Shown in pieces: positions 43,065-52,307 of a DNA stretch of 64,000 bases. Location: the NCBI GenBank assembly GCA_016183325.1, contig JACPEV010000011.1, positions 36,782 to 100,781 of the forward strand. Direction: 5' to 3'. How positions within the stretch are numbered: position 1 is the stretch's first letter; the number at the start of each line of letters is the position of its first letter. Origin of the DNA: Candidatus Curtissbacteria bacterium. Lineage in GTDB: Bacteria; Patescibacteriota; Microgenomatia; Curtissbacterales; GWA2-41-24. Position numbers and translations under genes: made by a program. The notes beneath the pieces were generated by a model that saw nothing but the letters and a program-made list of their open reading frames with translations, made no database searches and had not been told where the DNA came from.

Positions 43065-43658
43065 TTGCCGACTATGACTCCCGATTTGCGTCCTAGTGAT
43101 AACAACGAGGACGATAAACCAACTACGAGAGAAGAAATTGCTTTTGTGATTTTAACCTGGTTACAAGAAAGCCCTTCAGAGGTAGTTGAGGCAGCTGATT
43201 TGATGATGTGGGTTAGCGAAAATCATGCTCTGGTAAAGCTCCGTGATAGATTAAGAGATGCTTACTTAAAAGTGGATGGAGTAGAAGTAAGTGATTGGTT
43301 TACTCGTGGAGTTTCTGCAGCTTTTATGTATTTCCATGAAGTAGGTCAGGATATTGATAAAACGGACATACCTGTAATCACTCAAGGCACAATAGACTCA
43401 TTTAGATCAGATGCGGGAGAGAGTCGCAGGCAAAGGATGATTGCCTCAGAGTTTCTACTGGGAGATGAGTTAGCTGCAGAAAGATTACGGAGAGTAAATA
43501 AGATTTACGACCAAACGGATAAAAATCTACTGTTAATTTTAATGGAAACAAGGCTTAGGCCGGAAAATAAAGCAGTTTCGGAAAAAGCCCTAAGGGCTTT
43601 TCTGGAAGGTGGAATAATTGTGAATAATCTATTTGATAAGCAAGTACAATCTGCTTAG
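43065..43658 (+). CDS. Hypothetical protein (197 aa), GC-richer than its surroundings
   Basis: No domain recognised; predicted helical. Confidence 0.4.
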   Translation: MPTMTPDLRPSDNNEDDKPTTREEIAFVILTWLQESPSEVVEAADLMMWVSENHALVKLRDRLRDAYLKVDGVEVSDWFTRGVSAAFMYFHEVGQDIDKTDIPVITQGTIDSFRSDAGESRRQRMIASEFLLGDELAAERLRRVNKIYDQTDKNLLLILMETRLRPENKAVSEKALRAFLEGGIIVNNLFDKQVQSA

Positions 43659-43849
43659 TTCAACGTCCGAGTAGGAGATAGTTTAGGTTTGAATTTTGAG
43701 ATAAAGCCAAATTTGTGTAAAGCGATTTTAGTCCACCGAACGCCTGGTTCCCTTTCGACAAGCTCAGTGCTTTAGCATTCCAATCCCTTCTTGTCCTCAG
43801 ATTTTCGAAGGGTGCCCCACTATCCATAAAAAGAAGATAATTGACGATT

Positions 43850-44284
43850 TTATTTAGAAGTAAATATTATCTTTTCTTCCGGTCTTCTTAACTCAATACC
43901 TTGGAATTGATCGAAAAATCCCTTTTGCCCCAGAATAGTTTGATTATGCGCCGAACTAAAATCCGCAAACGTTTCTATTGTCAAACTTTCAAAAAATATT
44001 TTTATTCCAAAATGACGATAGGCTTCAATTGGAGGCGCATCACCAATGCCTTTTATTCTTATAAGTGTCCCTTTTGTCAGATTTATACCCAACACTCTAC
44101 AAATATCTGCAGGAAATAAGTTGTAGTCTGATCCTGAATCAACTAACGCAGTCAATCTAATCATTTGTCCATGCTTATAATTCACTTGAACGTCTACTAG
44201 TGGCCTAAGAACTGTCGAGGGCTTACCTTTGGTATCTAAACCAGGCGACTCTTGATACCAGACGGTTATTTTTTTAGAAGTCAT
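43850..44284 (-). CDS. Retropepsin-like (clan AA) aspartic protease
   Basis: LTALVDSGSDYNLFP (D-S/T-G-A/S), with a second Gly-rich flap-like segment IKGIGD. Confidence 0.55.
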   Translation of the reverse strand: MTSKKITVWYQESPGLDTKGKPSTVLRPLVDVQVNYKHGQMIRLTALVDSGSDYNLFPADICRVLGINLTKGTLIRIKGIGDAPPIEAYRHFGIKIFFESLTIETFADFSSAHNQTILGQKGFFDQFQGIELRRPEEKIIFTSK

Positions 44285-44287
44285 AAA

Positions 44288-44473
44288 CTACGGAGAATAC
44301 GCAGTATCCGCCGGGGGTACTTTATAGAAAGTTGCCTTCTTCGCTTTTTGTTTGAGTTCATTCCACAATTTATTAAAGCTGCTTCCATGGGCAATTACTC
44401 TACTTTTGGAACGGTCAATCGCAACCCACTCATTGGCATATTTTGCCATATTCGCTATCCTTTTTCTCTTCAT
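44288..44473 (-). CDS. Small protein (61 aa) co-transcribed upstream of the retropepsin-like protease
   Basis: 3-nt gap to the downstream gene. ...YANEWVAIDRSKSRVIAHGSSFNKLWNEL. Confidence 0.4.
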   Translation of the reverse strand: MKRKRIANMAKYANEWVAIDRSKSRVIAHGSSFNKLWNELKQKAKKATFYKVPPADTAYSP

Positions 44474-44737
44474 GCAAAGATAATTATACTACTGATCGGA
44501 TTTTGTTCAAGTTGTCATACATATTTGTTGAACCGGATTGACACGTGTCTCTTTTTTGCAATCAAACGATTAATAAAGTAGACGTGCCAAGGTGAGTCAA
44601 ATGGAAAGTGGATTTTTAACCTTTTTTATCCTGCTACGTGTCTTCCTTCTTTTATGGGTGCAATCCCAAGAGGAGCGGGTACGGCGGACACCGCTTCAAT
44701 CCAAAAATCTTAAATATGTATATTCTAATATTAGCAA

Positions 44738-44766
44738 TTGATAAGCTTGGCAGTTTATGATATAAT
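44738..44766 (+). promoter_or_regulatory. Canonical σ70-like promoter TTGATA-N17-TATAAT for the GHKL operon
   Basis: -35 at 44738-44743, -10 at 44761-44766, ~28 nt before the first ATG at 44795. Confidence 0.55.
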
Positions 44767-44794
44767 AACTTCGATTTTTAGGGAAAATAAAAAA

Positions 44795-45010
44795 ATGTCA
44801 GAAACGCGCAGCGAAAAATTTAAAAGACTTGCGACTTATCGTACCAACATAGTGCTGGAAAAACTCCGTATTCTTGGAAACCTATCTAACAAAACAAACT
44901 ATGATTACACAGATGAAGAAGTACATAAGATATTTTCTGCTATAGATGATGGCCTTAAAAGAGTAAAGGCTAAGTTTAGTTTAACGCGTAAACAACACTT
45001 TACACTTTAA
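44795..45010 (+). CDS. Small protein (71 aa), first gene of the GHKL operon
   Basis: MSETRSEKFKRLATYRTNIVLEKLRILGNL.... I chose the ATG at 44795 over the track start at 44738, which overlaps the promoter. Confidence 0.45.
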   Translation: MSETRSEKFKRLATYRTNIVLEKLRILGNLSNKTNYDYTDEEVHKIFSAIDDGLKRVKAKFSLTRKQHFTL

Positions 45011-45013
45011 TCT

Positions 45014-46681
45014 ATGGAAGTTCTCGAGACTATTCCAATAAATATTAGGGACCAACATAACTTACTTAATCTTCTTGCTGAAAGCTATAAAAGCTTAAAT
45101 AAAGCTTTAATGGAGTATATAGATAATTCTTTTGATAGTGCAGATGACTATTACGATGATGTTTTAGGGAGGTATCAACGTGATGTTGCTATTATCATTA
45201 CCATCGATCGAGCAAATAATACAATATCAGTCCTTGATAATTGTAATGGCATGGACTTGGAAATTCTGAAGGGATTAGCTAATAGTATTAATGATTCAGA
45301 AAAACGTCGACGAGCGCAAAAGAGACCATGGGTTAATGGTCAATTCGGACTTGGAGCTCATGCTTATCGTTTTTTTGCTCAAAAGCTACGCGTAATTACC
45401 AAGAAAAAAAATTCATCTACTGGTGCAATCTCTATTGATCGTGATGAGCCCGATGCGAAACTTATTAAACCATACAAATCTATATCGAATGATAGTGGTA
45501 CTTTTGTTGAGCTCTCGGATATCGATCGACAACAGATCAAGCGTTTAAATATCCAAGAACTCAAGAGAGACATTGAAACGTACTTCGAAATGCTACTTCG
45601 TAGAAATGTTGCAATAACGATCCGCGATGATGATCAAGTATCTGTATGCGAAAGTTTCGATTATGATCAACTCGAGGGGATTCCTATTCAAAAAGTAATA
45701 ACCAGTTGGCATCGTGGTTCGGCAACCCTTAGTTATCCTGATTCAGCTCGCGGAATTCATATAAATCTTAAAGTTTGCACAAAAAAAATGGACAGACCAC
45801 CGTTTTTTTCACGCAAAGGAAGACGAATTAATTACATTTCGCACATGGATTCATTTATTCGAAAAACCGAACACCGAAAGAAGGTCTGGGAGAACTACTA
45901 CCTAACAGGATATATTGAGGTTGGCGACAATTTAGAACCTATTATTACGCGTGACGATTTTATGGGTGGTAAAGGTAAAACAGCGACGCGCAGCGGTATT
46001 TATGAAGAAATTGTTAAAGTTGAAGATGATATTTACGCAGCAATTGAACAGGTCAATCGCGATAGAAGCGATGAAAATTTTCGTAAGCTAGCTTCAGTAT
46101 TGACAGAACTTTTGACAGAAATCACTAAAGAAGAAGATCTTAGAATTCGTCATGAAAATAAAGATGGTCAAAGAAACGAACAACCATGGGTTTCCGTGTC
46201 ACCGGATCCCGGGGAAGGTGAAGAATATGATATTAAGAGTAATGGTAATAATCGACCCGGAGATAAGCCAAAAATCAGCGTAGTAACTCCTGATTTAGAG
46301 GGAGAGCTGATGGGCCGTAAACGTGAGCGCGAAAAACAAGGTATTAGGATTGAGTTTAGTACGTTACCCGTCGTAGAGGGAGATCGCCGTACACATTTTG
46401 GCGACAGCGTTATTACTATTTTTACAAATCATCCGGATTTTTCAGAACGTAGAGGTCGTGGAGATCTTGAACAAATTATTATCAATCCCCGACTAGCCAA
46501 TTATTTAGCTGCAATAATCTCTTCAGAATATAAAGAAGTTTTTTACAATTTAAAGAAATTGGAACCTGATCGAAAAAAAGTTCTCGATGAACAGATAGAA
46601 TTTATTTTTCGTTTCGAGGAAAAACTGAAAAACTACATTAATCAACCGCTTGACGCCCTGGGAAACGTTACTCGCAGCTAA
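45014..46681 (+). CDS. GHKL (Bergerat-fold) ATPase of MutL/MORC/Hsp90 type with a ~350-aa C-terminal region of unknown function
   Basis: N-box LMEYIDNSFDSAD, G1 VLDNCNGMD, G2 GQFGLGAHAYRF, G3 SGTFVELSD. Confidence 0.7.
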   Translation: MEVLETIPINIRDQHNLLNLLAESYKSLNKALMEYIDNSFDSADDYYDDVLGRYQRDVAIIITIDRANNTISVLDNCNGMDLEILKGLANSINDSEKRRRAQKRPWVNGQFGLGAHAYRFFAQKLRVITKKKNSSTGAISIDRDEPDAKLIKPYKSISNDSGTFVELSDIDRQQIKRLNIQELKRDIETYFEMLLRRNVAITIRDDDQVSVCESFDYDQLEGIPIQKVITSWHRGSATLSYPDSARGIHINLKVCTKKMDRPPFFSRKGRRINYISHMDSFIRKTEHRKKVWENYYLTGYIEVGDNLEPIITRDDFMGGKGKTATRSGIYEEIVKVEDDIYAAIEQVNRDRSDENFRKLASVLTELLTEITKEEDLRIRHENKDGQRNEQPWVSVSPDPGEGEEYDIKSNGNNRPGDKPKISVVTPDLEGELMGRKREREKQGIRIEFSTLPVVEGDRRTHFGDSVITIFTNHPDFSERRGRGDLEQIIINPRLANYLAAIISSEYKEVFYNLKKLEPDRKKVLDEQIEFIFRFEEKLKNYINQPLDALGNVTRS

Positions 46682-46699
46682 TTATCTCTTCGGTATAAT

Positions 46700-47566
46700 A
46701 TGCTTATGCAGTCAGAAGATTTAATCACAATTATTGATAGTCTAGCCCCGATAAATAATGCTTTTCGAATGGAAAAAAAAGCAATTAAGAAAGTTGAGTA
46801 TGTCTGGGAACTTGGCTCGCTTCTTGATGAATATATTAAGAAATATAAATTAACATTAGATGAACTTCTTTACTCTATTTATGATCCACATGCTACGATC
46901 AAACATAGTAATATTACACGGTCATTAGGAAGTTATAGTTACAGGATTTTCCATTTTTTTAAAAAGAAAGAAGATGTTCGCAAAACAATTCCAAATTTAA
47001 AGTCGTATAACGTCTTTATAGAAGCATTGCCCTTACTGGTTAATATAAAGTATAAAACGCATGTTAATAGCGAAGATATTCTCGCTATGGTTAATTCACA
47101 AAAATCCACTCGGCAAACTATTAACAGATTAACTTTGATAAAACAATCAATTTTGCCAACAAGAAAACTTAGAATTCCTCCGGGTCTCATGTATACAGAG
47201 GAAAAAAGATTTTTAGTTTCAGTCATTAAATATATCCGAGGTTTATATGAAAAAAATGAGTCTATTTTCTCATTTAATAATTTGCAGTATGAGTTGCATA
47301 AAGAGAAGTATCGTGAGCAACTTGTCTTAATTTTAATGGCATTAGCAAGTGACTCGTTTATGAATAAGGTAAAATCGTATAAGGAAAATGAAGTTAATAA
47401 AAACTTAAGACGCTTGTTCCAAATTGCTATAAGTAATAATGAAAAAAGATCACGATTTCGAAGATGGGTTTTGTCAGCAAACGAACTGCTGTGGTTGGCT
47501 GAGGCAATTCATGCCTTAGGTGATGATAACGACTTTCATTTTTTCAAAAAGAAGCTAGAGAAATAA
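46700..47566 (+). CDS. Hypothetical protein (288 aa), third gene of the GHKL operon
   Basis: 18 nt after the ATPase gene. Lys-rich and helical, no recognised domain. Confidence 0.5.
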   Translation: MLMQSEDLITIIDSLAPINNAFRMEKKAIKKVEYVWELGSLLDEYIKKYKLTLDELLYSIYDPHATIKHSNITRSLGSYSYRIFHFFKKKEDVRKTIPNLKSYNVFIEALPLLVNIKYKTHVNSEDILAMVNSQKSTRQTINRLTLIKQSILPTRKLRIPPGLMYTEEKRFLVSVIKYIRGLYEKNESIFSFNNLQYELHKEKYREQLVLILMALASDSFMNKVKSYKENEVNKNLRRLFQIAISNNEKRSRFRRWVLSANELLWLAEAIHALGDDNDFHFFKKKLEK

Positions 47567-47590
47567 TTTTTTGCCTATAACCATTGGGTA

Positions 47591-47642
47591 GCAGTGATTG
47601 GATTATATATCTATACAATTCCAATGCGCAACTGCTTTTTTT
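47591..47642 (+). terminator. Intrinsic terminator closing the GHKL operon
   Basis: Stem GCAGTGATTGGA...TCCAATGCGCAACTGC followed by TTTTTTT. Confidence 0.7.
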
Positions 47643-47721
47643 ACCTCAACTTTTTAAGAACTATTTGAAAGAAGGCTCCAAATCAGGTAAAACTATGATT
47701 TCCAAAAAGGAGGTAATCTAA

Positions 47722-47865
47722 ATGAAGTTTACTCAAATTGCAGTTGCTGGCGTTGGTAGAAGCAATGATAACTCTGCTTATAGTGTTGCGTTGTTTGCCT
47801 TAAACGAAAATGGCAAATTATTTTTTGTTGTGCTAAACTCCGCCTGGCTAAATTCATTCAATCGT
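47722..47865 (+). CDS. Small ORF (47 aa) with a strong SD (AAAGGAGG, 8 nt upstream), ending 7 nt before the next gene
   Basis: MKFTQIAVAGVGRSNDNSAYSVALFALNENGKLFFVVLNSAWLNSFNR. Confidence 0.3.
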
Positions 47866-47872
47866 TAAAATT

Positions 47873-48853
47873 ATGAATCGACCTGAAGAACTATTACCTA
47901 TCAACGAACAAAATTCGTCGAATGTACCTTCTCCACGAGAAGCAGAGATGCTTTTGAATTCCAAAGAAAGTATCCCTTTTGATTTACGACGTAGAATGAT
48001 ATTTGATCTTATCACCAATATTCCTCAAACTCCCAATTCTGAAACCGAAAGTATTAATAATCTTTTATCCGACATAAAAAATCTCCTTCGAAGTGAACCT
48101 TTAACCGATCAACAAGCGGGAATCCTGACGAGGTGGATGTTCTATGCAAAATATCCTTATAAGGAAATGTCTGAACGGGGAAAAGATGTATCACTGGAAG
48201 AAATTGTAGAACTGAGAGTTGGTAACTGGGAAACAATTGAGCAAATCGCAAATGCGACCTTTGAACGGAAAGACGCCTGGGAAAAAGCAACCAAAGAAGC
48301 ACTGAACGGAGATGGTTACGTGACAGTATATCGAGGTATGAGTATTTCTCCAAATGACGTTCCAGGAATTTACCAAACCGGAATTATTCCGCCCGGAATT
48401 TGGAGATATAAAACATTCGACCAGATTATTTTCAGAAAACTGCAATATTCTCTTAAGAGTTCCTCCGACAGTAGCTATATCTCCACCTGGAACCGCAGCG
48501 ACCAAGCGAAAATAAGCCGCACGCTAGATCTTCCATTTTCGAAAGGCGGGTTGCTAAGAAATCACTGGTTTGTGGATCCTGATGCAGGTTTATTGGGAGG
48601 CGTGGATACTCCAGACTCTTTGGCTATGAGCACTACTAACTTAGAATACATAGATTTGGTGCGTAGATACGGCAACTATGTCGTAGAAATAAAACTACCG
48701 GCAAATCGGTTAGTGCGAAGATGGGAAGAGCGAGAAACTGTTGATTATTCCGTTTTATTTTTTATTGAGCCTCAAGCAATTTCCGGAATTTATGCGATAA
48801 AAGATGAAAGGCCATTAAAAGAGCAACTAAATAAACCAATTGAGAGGCCATAA
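47873..48853 (+). CDS. Hypothetical protein (326 aa) with loose R-S-E ADP-ribosyltransferase-like motif spacing (VYRG ... AMSTTNLEY ... acidic cluster)
   Basis: Motif-level resemblance only; no confident family assignment. Confidence 0.4.
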   Translation: MNRPEELLPINEQNSSNVPSPREAEMLLNSKESIPFDLRRRMIFDLITNIPQTPNSETESINNLLSDIKNLLRSEPLTDQQAGILTRWMFYAKYPYKEMSERGKDVSLEEIVELRVGNWETIEQIANATFERKDAWEKATKEALNGDGYVTVYRGMSISPNDVPGIYQTGIIPPGIWRYKTFDQIIFRKLQYSLKSSSDSSYISTWNRSDQAKISRTLDLPFSKGGLLRNHWFVDPDAGLLGGVDTPDSLAMSTTNLEYIDLVRRYGNYVVEIKLPANRLVRRWEERETVDYSVLFFIEPQAISGIYAIKDERPLKEQLNKPIERP

Positions 48854-48892
48854 TACCTCTCTCCGTTTGAGGTAGGGTTGGCATGTGTGTTT

Positions 48893-50722
48893 TTACTTTT
48901 GTCCCTGGGAGATTTTGCGTCTTTCTTCCAACTTATCGAGGATGATTTTTCTGATGCGGATGTTTTTTGGGGTGACTTCCACTAACTCTTCGTCGTTAAT
49001 GTATTCCAAAGCATCTTCCAGGTCCATTTTAGTTACCGCATTAAGGCTGGCAGAGACGTCTTCGCCTTTGCTTCTCATGTTTGTCAGGTGTTTTTCTTTG
49101 CAGACATTGACTGGAATGTCTTCCAATCTCGCGTTTTTGCCAATGACCTGGCCTTTATAAACCTGCTGTCCAGGACCGACAAATATGACTCCTCTTTCCT
49201 GAGCGTTAACAAGTCCGTAGGTTTTTGTTACGCCGCTTTCATGAGCAACTAATGAACCATTTGCGCGTGAATATGCGGTAGGGGTTTCAGGCCTGTATTC
49301 CAAAAACAAAGTGTTTATGACACCCGTGCCTTTTGTATCAGTAATCAGTTCGCTTCTGTAACCGAAAAGCTCGCGGGTTGAAATGATAAATTCAAAAAAT
49401 GCGGTGTTTTCTTCCGTCTTCATATCCACAAGTTCCGCATGTCTTGCACCCATTTTTTGCATGACTACACCTGAGTATTCTTGCGGTACCTCAACAAAAA
49501 CCTCCTCGTAGGGGGCAAGTTTTTGTCCGTTTGCACCGATTTTTGTGATCACTTGAGGCCGGCCAACTTGGAATTCATAGTCTTCCCGACGCATTCGCTC
49601 GATAAAAATCGCCAAATGCAGCTCCCCGCGGCCGGAAACTATCCATTCACCTTTATCCGTGTCTTCTACCTTCAGGGCAACATCAGTTTCGAGCTCTTTA
49701 TACAATCTGCTTCGCAGCTGACTTGAGGTTTTAAATTTGCCTTCTTTGCCGGCATGCGGTGAACTGTTTACGGCAAAGGTCATTCTTATTGTCGGTTCTT
49801 CGACTCGGAGCGGGGGGAGTGCTATGGGGTTTTTGACATCGGCGATGGTTTCGCCAATTGTGACGTCGGAAATGCCCGAAACGGCTATAATGTCACCGGC
49901 TTCGGCTTCTTTAATATCAACTCTTTCAAGTCCGACAAAAGTTGAGATCGAGCTTACAAGTTTCTTTTGCTGCTCACCCGTGGTTTTAATATGCATTACT
50001 TCTTGGCCAAAGTTTATCTTCCCGCTTTGGATTTTGCCGATTCCAATTCTTCCTTTGTGGGTGTCATAAGTGATATTGGAAATTAACATTTGAAGGGGCT
50101 TATCCGGGTCTGCCGCAGGCGGGGGAACCTCTTTCAAGATCGTTTCAAAGACCGGAGAAATATCGGTCATGTCCTCGATTTTTGGAGTTAAACCTGCTTT
50201 TCCATCTTTGGCTACTGTGTAGATTGTCGGGAAGAAAGCCGTAGTTTCGTCCGCTCCCAGTTCCACAAACAAATCAAATATTCTGTTTCTCGCAAAATCG
50301 ATTCTGGCATTTTGCTTGTCGACTTTGTTGATCACTACGATTATTTTGTGCTTCAGCTTCAAGGCCTGCTTCAGCACGAATCTGGTCTGGGGCATCGGAC
50401 CTTCCTGCGCGTCTACCAAAAGAAGACTGCCGTCTACCATGGAAAGGACTCTTTCCACTTCCCCGCCAAAGTCAGCATGTCCAGGGGTATCTATGATATT
50501 GATCTTGGTACCTTTCCAGATCACTGAAGCATTCTTGGAAAAGATGGTAATACCCCTCTCCTTTTCGAGCTCGTTCGTATCCATTATAAGATTTCCGCTA
50601 GCAAGTTCCTTTTTGAGTTCGGTTTTAGACTGGCGCAAAAGAGCGTCTACCAAGGTAGTCTTACCATGGTCAACGTGGGCGATAATGGCGATGTTTCTTA
50701 GGTTTATCATTTTAGGTGTCAA
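48893..50722 (-). CDS. typA: Translational GTPase TypA/BipA
   Basis: AIIAHVDHGKTTLVD, DTPGHADF, NKVD. The likelier start is the MINLRN Met at 50710. Confidence 0.95.
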   Translation of the reverse strand: MTPKMINLRNIAIIAHVDHGKTTLVDALLRQSKTELKKELASGNLIMDTNELEKERGITIFSKNASVIWKGTKINIIDTPGHADFGGEVERVLSMVDGSLLLVDAQEGPMPQTRFVLKQALKLKHKIIVVINKVDKQNARIDFARNRIFDLFVELGADETTAFFPTIYTVAKDGKAGLTPKIEDMTDISPVFETILKEVPPPAADPDKPLQMLISNITYDTHKGRIGIGKIQSGKINFGQEVMHIKTTGEQQKKLVSSISTFVGLERVDIKEAEAGDIIAVSGISDVTIGETIADVKNPIALPPLRVEEPTIRMTFAVNSSPHAGKEGKFKTSSQLRSRLYKELETDVALKVEDTDKGEWIVSGRGELHLAIFIERMRREDYEFQVGRPQVITKIGANGQKLAPYEEVFVEVPQEYSGVVMQKMGARHAELVDMKTEENTAFFEFIISTRELFGYRSELITDTKGTGVINTLFLEYRPETPTAYSRANGSLVAHESGVTKTYGLVNAQERGVIFVGPGQQVYKGQVIGKNARLEDIPVNVCKEKHLTNMRSKGEDVSASLNAVTKMDLEDALEYINDEELVEVTPKNIRIRKIILDKLEERRKISQGQK

Positions 50723-50998
50723 AAAACCGCCTTATTTGGCGGCCCTTGTGATTATATCATGTTTTAGCCCTTCGCCCTATAGTTTGACATTACCCATTTG
50801 GTCTGTTATACTGCCTTATATATTTAGCAGATTGAAGAAACAGATCTGCTTAATTTGAATAGTTTTTGATTAGACAAGATAAAGATAGTCTACGAATAAA
50901 GTTAATTTAGTATCTTTTCCCCTACTCATAAATACAACTTCGTAATTAAGTAGATTCGTTTCTTTAATTGGGTGTTCCATTTGCACTCTTCTTTAGTT

Positions 50999-51080
50999 GT
51001 CATTCTGAACTTGTCTGATTTTATCGACCCGAATGGGTTTCAGAATCTACAACAAGATCCTGAATTGAATTCAGGATGAC
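50999..51080. mobile_element. MITE-like palindromic element, copy 2 (GTCATTCTGAA ... TTCAGGATGAC; inner TTCAGAATC / GATCCTGAA)
   Basis: Same terminal and inner inverted-repeat design as copy 1, with degenerate termini. Sits in the typA / DEAD-box divergent spacer. Confidence 0.6.
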
Positions 51081-51125
51081 AGACAAGAGGTCTTTGGACA
51101 ATTAATTTGAGGAATCATTATTTCC

Positions 51126-52307
51126 ATGAGACGAAGATTTAGATCGAGAGGAAACTTCAGAAGAAGGTACTACTCTGTCCAAAAAACCAACCAGGACCTT
51201 ATGTGGGCAATTACTGCCGGTAGAAGTCAAAACATGCCAAGCGCGGAGGTGGCACCTACCGTATATATTCCCAATCATAAGTTTGAAGATTTTCCTGTTT
51301 CTTCTCAAATTAAAAGAAACATAGCAAACAAAAAGTACGTCTCTCCGACGCCAATTCAAGATCAGGTAATTCCAGCAATTCTTGCAGGATCCGATATTAT
51401 CGGTGTTGCAAATACCGGAACTGGAAAAACAGCCGCGTTTCTGGTTCCTTTGATCGATAAAGTATTCAAAGACAAGTTCCAAAAAGTGCTTATCATTGCG
51501 CCAACCCGAGAGCTTGCTTGTCAAATAGACGGGGAATTGCGCGATTTTGCGAGTGGCCTTTCTATTGGCTCGGCACTTTGCATCGGCGGGACCAATATAT
51601 TCAGGCAGAGGAATCAGTTGTTACACAACCCAAATTTCGTGATCGGCACACCCGGAAGAATAAAGGATTTAATCAGACAAAGATGTTTAAACTTATCCCA
51701 ATTTAGAAATGTTGTACTAGACGAGGTTGATCGCATGGTAGATATCGGTTTTATTGACGATATTAAGTACTTTATTTCACTTTTGCCAGCCGATCGCCAA
51801 TCGCTTTTTTTCTCGGCGACAATCTCCGGGAAAGTTCGCGAAATTATACAAACGTTTGTTAAAAATCCAATTACAATTTCCGTGAAAGTAAGGGACGTGA
51901 TTGAAAATATTAAACAGGAAATTGTTAAAGTGTCTCAAGGGGAGCAGAAGGTAGACAAACTGCACGATTTATTGATTCAAGAAGGTTTCCATAAGGTACT
52001 TATCTTCGGCCGGACGAAAAGAGGTGTGCAAAGACTTACAAATGAGCTTTGCGAACGAGGTTTCAGGGCCGGAGTAATTCACGGGAATAAGAGTCAAAGC
52101 CAAAGACAGAAAACTTTGGAAATGTTTAAACGTAACCAAATTCGCATACTTCTGGCAACAGATGTTGCTTCACGCGGGCTTGATATTGACGACGTAAGTC
52201 ATGTTATTAATTACGACCTGCCGGCTTCTTACGATGATTATATACATAGGATAGGACGAACGGGCAGGGCAAATAAAACAGGCACTGCTTTGACATTTGT
52301 CGTATAA
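51126..52307 (+). CDS. DEAD-box ATP-dependent RNA helicase with Arg-rich N-terminus
   Basis: Q-motif PTPIQ, Walker A ANTGTGKT, DEVD, SAT, HGNKSQSQR, ATDVASRGLDI. Confidence 0.9.
   Translation: MRRRFRSRGNFRRRYYSVQKTNQDLMWAITAGRSQNMPSAEVAPTVYIPNHKFEDFPVSSQIKRNIANKKYVSPTPIQDQVIPAILAGSDIIGVANTGTGKTAAFLVPLIDKVFKDKFQKVLIIAPTRELACQIDGELRDFASGLSIGSALCIGGTNIFRQRNQLLHNPNFVIGTPGRIKDLIRQRCLNLSQFRNVVLDEVDRMVDIGFIDDIKYFISLLPADRQSLFFSATISGKVREIIQTFVKNPITISVKVRDVIENIKQEIVKVSQGEQKVDKLHDLLIQEGFHKVLIFGRTKRGVQRLTNELCERGFRAGVIHGNKSQSQRQKTLEMFKRNQIRILLATDVASRGLDIDDVSHVINYDLPASYDDYIHRIGRTGRANKTGTALTFVV

Noticed and set aside
50316-50858. 180-aa plus-strand ORF
   Set aside because: Antisense within typA and extending into the intergenic MITE region. 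No support.
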